Shown one piece after another: positions 59,819 through 64,000 of a DNA stretch of 64,000 nucleotides. The position numbers were made by a program, and so were the translations under genes. The notes beneath the pieces were generated by a model, which was not told where the DNA came from, did not search any database, and saw only the letters and a list, made by a program, of their open reading frames with translations. The stretch covers positions 163,552-227,551 of the forward strand of contig CAZOXU010000001.1 in the NCBI GenBank assembly GCA_964583975.1, written 5' to 3'. Within the stretch, counting starts at the first letter, position 1. Every line of letters starts with the position of its first letter. This DNA is from an uncultured Planctomycetales bacterium (GTDB lineage: Bacteria > Omnitrophota > Gorgyraeia > Zapsychrales > Fredricksoniimonadaceae).

Positions 59819-60679
59819 TTAAAAAACATTGTAGTAACTGCTTTTACTAAATACTGGGCCTTGTGGTCCTAAGGCGCAATCAAAAGCCACATCATATAAC
59901 AAATGGTTAAATTTAACTTTATTCGACTTCATAAAATCCAAAATATGTGAAGGATAAGCGAAAAATTCTAAGAAATATAACAGTTGATCGACGTTCACTC
60001 TTGAGAAGTAAATCCCGTCCGTATTCTTCTTATGGGCTACGCATATTTTGTGGCATGACATTAATTTTCTAATCAAAACATGCTTTAACAGAGCGACCCT
60101 ATCTTTGGCAAAGAAAACACCCTGCTTAATTTTATAAATAAACGGCTTTGCCTCTTGTGGCATCAAATAAAAATCGTAATAGTTTTCAAACACAATGCCA
60201 TCTTGCCCCCAACAGTAACTCGTTCCCTGGGATATTCCAGATCTTCCTTCCATATACAGATGGACATTTTTAATTTGTCGGGATTTTAAAATAGCATCAG
60301 ACAAATCAATTGAGAACATCAAATAAGGCTGATTTTCAATGCTAATGTCAGCAAATTCGGGAATTTTAAAGTGTGATCGAAGGGTTTTAAGGACATGTTC
60401 GACTTTTTTGCGTGGATCTTTGCGGCCATTATTATAAAAGTAGAGCTCCCAGGTGAGGTGTCGGTTATCCCATTTAACTCCCCAAACGGTATTCCATGGA
60501 CCCAAAGAGTCTTGTAGCCTTTTGCTGACGTTTAAGAAATCTTTTTGGTAAGTGCTATGCAGTAAAGAGTTCTGAAAAATTAGATCTGAGGAAAGTTTAC
60601 CCTTAACAGGCTTAATCGGCACATAGGGGTTATGACAATAATCATAATATTCCCAATTTTTCTTCATAACAGGATCCAT
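59819..60679 (-). CDS. Hypothetical protein (cluster-specific)
   Basis: The 286-aa product has no motif assigned. It is divergent from the prepilin peptidase gene. Confidence 0.3.
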   Translation of the reverse strand: MDPVMKKNWEYYDYCHNPYVPIKPVKGKLSSDLIFQNSLLHSTYQKDFLNVSKRLQDSLGPWNTVWGVKWDNRHLTWELYFYNNGRKDPRKKVEHVLKTLRSHFKIPEFADISIENQPYLMFSIDLSDAILKSRQIKNVHLYMEGRSGISQGTSYCWGQDGIVFENYYDFYLMPQEAKPFIYKIKQGVFFAKDRVALLKHVLIRKLMSCHKICVAHKKNTDGIYFSRVNVDQLLYFLEFFAYPSHILDFMKSNKVKFNHLLYDVAFDCALGPQGPVFSKSSYYNVF

Positions 60680-60775
60680 TCTACAAGTAAATCCCCACTT
60701 AAGAACACCCTTCTAATATTAAATATTATAACATATAATACGGCTGTTTATTAATGCTTCGAGGAGGAACATCGC

Positions 60776-61648
60776 TTGGAATCAACCATTGTCTTTTCTT
60801 CTATTATCCTCATTGTCGGTTTATTGACCATACTTTCCGATTTAAAAAATAAGAAAATTTATAATAGTCATCTTATGATTGGATTCGTTCTAGGCCTCGC
60901 AGGGATCGTTTATACCTCAATTTGGACCCAGGAACCGGTGGTCTTTCATATCATTAACGGTATTATCGCCTTTATAACTGGGACCTTTCTCCATCGGATC
61001 AGTATATGGAAAGGCGGAGATGCTAAATTATTTGCACTCTACGCTTTTCTCATGCCTGCCATCGAACCTAATCCCTTGCCTTCGAGCGTCATCAATCTGT
61101 TCGCCTGCTCTTTTATTGCCGGGACGATGGTCATCCTGCCTTTCTTAATAAAAGATACCTTTTTAAATTATAAAGCTATATTAAGAAAAATCACTTCTCC
61201 TGATCAACGCAAGCCACTGCTCACAGCTATTGGTATAACCTGCTTCTACTCCTGGATTTTCTTTCCTCTTTATTATTTCGCAGGGTTTATCCGCATTCCT
61301 GCGCTATCAATGCTCATTACCTATTTTATTTTTTACATTGTCCGCCGCTATATAAAAAAGGCCCCCATAACACGTCAGACCCAAAACATATTGATCGGCT
61401 GTGGTATTGCTCTGGGATTCTTAATGCGTTTTTGGTTAAGTCCTTCTTCTTTATCCTGGCCAATCCTAGGCTATTCTATTCTTAAAATAGTTGTCTTTTC
61501 CACTCTAGCGGCTGGCATTTACATAGTCATTGATTTTTTTAGTAAACAATATCACGATCGTGTTGCTTTTGCGCCTTTGTTGTTTATAGGCTGTGTTCTG
61601 AGTTATACTCCCTTTATAACCTGGATCATGCATCTTAGACATTTATGA
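60776..61648 (+). CDS. A24-family prepilin peptidase (TadV/CpaA-like Flp-type leader peptidase) with an extended C-terminal membrane domain
   Basis: The two catalytic-Asp motifs of A24 peptidases are present: LSDLKNKKIYN (D-x-x-x-[RK]-x-I-P/Y-N) and WKGGDAKLFA (GGD[AV]KL). The start is a TTG with a GGAGG RBS 8 nt upstream. The product is 290 aa versus ~150 aa for a typical TadV. Its stop overlaps the start of the next radical SAM gene (ATGA). Confidence 0.55.
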   Translation: MESTIVFSSIILIVGLLTILSDLKNKKIYNSHLMIGFVLGLAGIVYTSIWTQEPVVFHIINGIIAFITGTFLHRISIWKGGDAKLFALYAFLMPAIEPNPLPSSVINLFACSFIAGTMVILPFLIKDTFLNYKAILRKITSPDQRKPLLTAIGITCFYSWIFFPLYYFAGFIRIPALSMLITYFIFYIVRRYIKKAPITRQTQNILIGCGIALGFLMRFWLSPSSLSWPILGYSILKIVVFSTLAAGIYIVIDFFSKQYHDRVAFAPLLFIGCVLSYTPFITWIMHLRHL

Positions 61649-62643
61649 GACCATCTTCTCCTTTAGAAATCATCATTGAAATTACCGGCAAATGTCGTCT
61701 GGTTTGCCCCTACTGCACGGGCCCACGAAGCGCTGATGTTCCCTTAAAAGATATTAAATCGACCCTGGATGAAGCAGCCAGCCTAGGTGTTAAGGCTATT
61801 CGTATTACGGGCGGCGAGCCGCTCCTGCATCCTGAGATTAAAACCATCCTGACCTACGCTAAGTCTAAGAAATTTTCGGTCTTACTCAACACAGCGGCTG
61901 AAGATATCTCCCCCGCTTTAATGAAGACTCTTATTGCTACCGTTGATGTGGCCTTAATTTCTCTGCAAGGATATGATGAAAAATCTAACGCCGCCTATAC
62001 GCGCTCGCGTCTGGCTTATTTGGATAAAATCAAAAATATCTTTCTCTTAAAATCGTATCTGCCAACCTTGTGGTTGGCCACTGTCATTACTCCAACCATG
62101 GCCGACTCTTTCGACCGATTCGTGCCGCTTATTAAAAAGATCAATCCAGTGGCTTGGACACTTCTGCGACCGATTAGCGATGCCAATGAAGACCTTCAAC
62201 ACATGGATCTAGCTTTCTATCGCGGACTCACACTTAAAATCATGCGAGCCAGAAAAGACATCAATGTTTTTATAGCCAACCCCATCCCGCTTTGTATTAC
62301 AGGAAATTTGACCATCGGCAAGGAAGCATTTTTCGGAGCAAACTTTGATGACGGTCATGTACGCATTGTGCGTAGCGCCCAAGGCTACTACAAACCCAGT
62401 TATTTTATTGAGAAGAATTTAGGTGATACGATCAAGGCTGCTTGGGCGCATCCTTTTTTAAATGATATTGACCGAACAGATTATTTACCTGATTTATGCC
62501 AACGCTGTCCGGTGCTTGATACCTGTCGTGGCGGCTGTCGAGCCATGGCCCTGCGGGCTTATGGGAACGCTCTTGATAAAGACCCTCTTTTTGATCCTCT
62601 TAAAGCAAAGAAAGCTCTGTTAAGTGCTTCTCTAAAATCTTAG
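61645..62643 (+). CDS. Radical SAM / SPASM-domain enzyme, translationally coupled to the prepilin peptidase gene
   Basis: GKCRLVCPYCTG and ITGGEPLLHP are present. The C-terminal CQRCPVLDTCRGGCRA is a SPASM-type CxxC..CxxxC segment. Confidence 0.65.
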   Translation: MRPSSPLEIIIEITGKCRLVCPYCTGPRSADVPLKDIKSTLDEAASLGVKAIRITGGEPLLHPEIKTILTYAKSKKFSVLLNTAAEDISPALMKTLIATVDVALISLQGYDEKSNAAYTRSRLAYLDKIKNIFLLKSYLPTLWLATVITPTMADSFDRFVPLIKKINPVAWTLLRPISDANEDLQHMDLAFYRGLTLKIMRARKDINVFIANPIPLCITGNLTIGKEAFFGANFDDGHVRIVRSAQGYYKPSYFIEKNLGDTIKAAWAHPFLNDIDRTDYLPDLCQRCPVLDTCRGGCRAMALRAYGNALDKDPLFDPLKAKKALLSASLKS

Positions 62644-63826
62644 CCCCGCTAAACCATTCTTTAGGAATGTTACGAATTTTTGCTCGAGAAGTGCAAACTT
62701 TCTTGATGGAGCGAGCTAAACTTTCTGCGGTTAATTCTTGGTAAGGTACAATTTGTGCACCTAGTACATCTTTGAGCATTCTGGCTCGGGCTGGTTGTTC
62801 AGAATGAGATTTTGCTCCATAGCCTTCAAAAGGAACGATCACAGCCCTTTTGTGATGTTTAAGCAGCATGACTGAGGAATGGTATGAGGCAAGCGATACA
62901 CACGCATCGCTACTTTTAATTAATCCCTCATAATCGCCCAAGGATCGGCGTAATACTAAATTCTTGACCTTCTTTTTAGCCATCAGGGTCGAAAATAGAT
63001 ACCATTCCTGAGTGGTGGTTGATGGTCCTGTCACAACTGTAAAATAATAGTCTGGACCCAATAGCTCACTGGCCCGGATAGCCTCAGCAATGACCTTCGG
63101 ATAAACAGCCCCGCCTCCTCTTACAACAGCGATGCGATAAGCACCCTTGGCGACGGACGGCCGCGGTGAATTGACATCGGTATCATCTTTGACCACTTCT
63201 TGCTCAGGCAAAAGATAGCCTGCAAAGATGATCTTTTGTTCGTGTTCTTTGAAAAAATCTAAATAGCGTTGTCTCTCTTTAAGTGAAGATAAAGAATCGA
63301 CAATCCGATCTTTTTCCATCTCAGGTGAAAAAATAATTATTTTCTGAAACAGTTTTAAAATATTTTGACGCCATTCTTTTGTGCCTGTTAATAGTGGATA
63401 CCCTGCAACCGACCAGACAGCAGCTCCACCTTTGGAAGCCTCCACCAAAGAAGGAATCAATTCATACCGCGATTCTTCACGACCCAGTGGAAAAAATTCT
63501 GTGACAAAAAGATCGGGTTTCTGACGGGTAATAATATCTCGGCATAGTACAGAACGTGCCTCGGTATCGATGGCATTGGGTTGGATTGGTTCTCGAAAGC
63601 TATTTCGATCCACAAAAGCTTTAGGTAAGGAATAGATCTTGCCCCATTGCTCTAATTGAGACTTAGGCTGGGTAACTCCTGCTTGAATAAAAAAGAGGTT
63701 CCCTGATGGAAATCTCTTTTTAAAAACCTCACTGATGGCTGCCACACGAGAAGTATGGCCAAAACATTCGTAGTGAGAGAAATATATACCTATTTTTGGA
63801 TCAGCCTTAGTGACTAAGCCTCTCAT
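62600..63826 (-). CDS. GT-B fold glycosyltransferase (GT1/GT28-like), paralog of 44262..45461
   Basis: N-terminal IGIYFSHYECFGHTSRVAAI parallels LFHYTHKQTLGHTTRSVAL of the 44262..45461 product. The VVRGGGAVYPKV block is shared. Confidence 0.4.
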   Translation of the reverse strand: MRGLVTKADPKIGIYFSHYECFGHTSRVAAISEVFKKRFPSGNLFFIQAGVTQPKSQLEQWGKIYSLPKAFVDRNSFREPIQPNAIDTEARSVLCRDIITRQKPDLFVTEFFPLGREESRYELIPSLVEASKGGAAVWSVAGYPLLTGTKEWRQNILKLFQKIIIFSPEMEKDRIVDSLSSLKERQRYLDFFKEHEQKIIFAGYLLPEQEVVKDDTDVNSPRPSVAKGAYRIAVVRGGGAVYPKVIAEAIRASELLGPDYYFTVVTGPSTTTQEWYLFSTLMAKKKVKNLVLRRSLGDYEGLIKSSDACVSLASYHSSVMLLKHHKRAVIVPFEGYGAKSHSEQPARARMLKDVLGAQIVPYQELTAESLARSIKKVCTSRAKIRNIPKEWFSGAKILEKHLTELSLL

Positions 63827-64000
63827 TTAATATAATCTGGTTTAGGGATTGGAGAAGCTGCTCCCTTGGCATTACAGGCATCGCGCATTTCGTTATTAGC
63901 GATGTCTGAACATTTCTTTGATCCTTGAACGACATCATACCAAATATCAAAATCGCCTTCTTCCTGAGCAACGCTTCTTTTGTGCGCTAAAATACGACAC
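63823..64000 (-). CDS. Partial ORF of unknown function; its N-terminus lies beyond the window end
   Basis: Manual translation of the C-terminus gives ...CRILAHKRSVAQEEGDFDIWYDVVQGSKKCSDIANNEMRDACNAKGAASPIPKPDYIK*. The stop overlaps the ATG of the downstream glycosyltransferase (ATGA). Confidence 0.3.
   Translation of the reverse strand, partial: CRILAHKRSVAQEEGDFDIWYDVVQGSKKCSDIANNEMRDACNAKGAASPIPKPDYIK

Overview
This is a 64-kb chromosomal window from an AT-rich Gram-negative-type bacterium. Supporting this are a TonB-dependent receptor, an AsmA-family protein, a secretin-like motif and lipoprotein boxes. Nearly all genes lie on the minus strand. The window reads as five blocks.

(1) 1-13.4 kb is a surface-glycan / nonulosonic-acid-type sugar locus. 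It holds a PseB-like 4,6-dehydratase, an unusual RmlD-like reductase::DegT aminotransferase fusion, a CMP-sugar cytidylyltransferase, two NodU/CmcH carbamoyltransferases, a SAM methyltransferase, a GT2 and several GT-C-like polytopic membrane proteins.

(2) 13.5-22.8 kb carries metF and a TonB-dependent receptor preceded by a candidate cobalamin riboswitch with a terminator. A response regulator, an FAD oxidoreductase and further membrane proteins follow.

(3) 22.8-28.9 kb is an array of seven small cargo genes. Two encode VOC/glyoxalase proteins, others secreted or lipoproteins, and one is SIR2-like. Each gene boundary carries a conserved ~55-75 bp imperfect inverted repeat, which is integron-cassette/attC-like. 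No integrase is present in the window.

(4) 29-40.6 kb is housekeeping: gap, tRNA-Pro(UGG), asmA-like, rdgB, rph, queF-queE-queC-queD with a duplicated structured leader before queC and queD, murI, an amidase, a minimal secretin-like protein and an rRNA m5C methyltransferase.

(5) 40.7-63.8 kb is the stand-out. It is a ~23-kb locus that begins with a cysteine-rich 339-aa protein carrying an Flp-pilin / class-III signal-peptide leader (G|QSIIEY). The locus ends with a TadV/CpaA-type A24 prepilin peptidase translationally coupled to a SPASM radical-SAM enzyme. In between are ten radical-SAM enzymes in total: four tandem paralogs, two anSME-like paralogs, one B12-binding type and three SPASM/twitch types. 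Also present are an HTTM (gamma-carboxylase-like) membrane protein, an APH-like kinase, a PP-loop (Asn-synthetase-like) ATPase, a DegT aminotransferase, a PaaK/F390-like adenylating enzyme, a KPR-like reductase, a CE4-like deacetylase, two unknown proteins and two paralogous GT-B glycosyltransferases that bracket the enzymes.

I interpret this as a candidate undescribed system for heavy post-translational modification (RiPP-like) of a pilin-leader protein. Its leader would be removed by a prepilin peptidase rather than a classical RiPP protease. An alternative reading is that it is an elaborate pilin-glycosylation / modified-sugar pathway. All calls are from sequence reading alone; no database searches were run.
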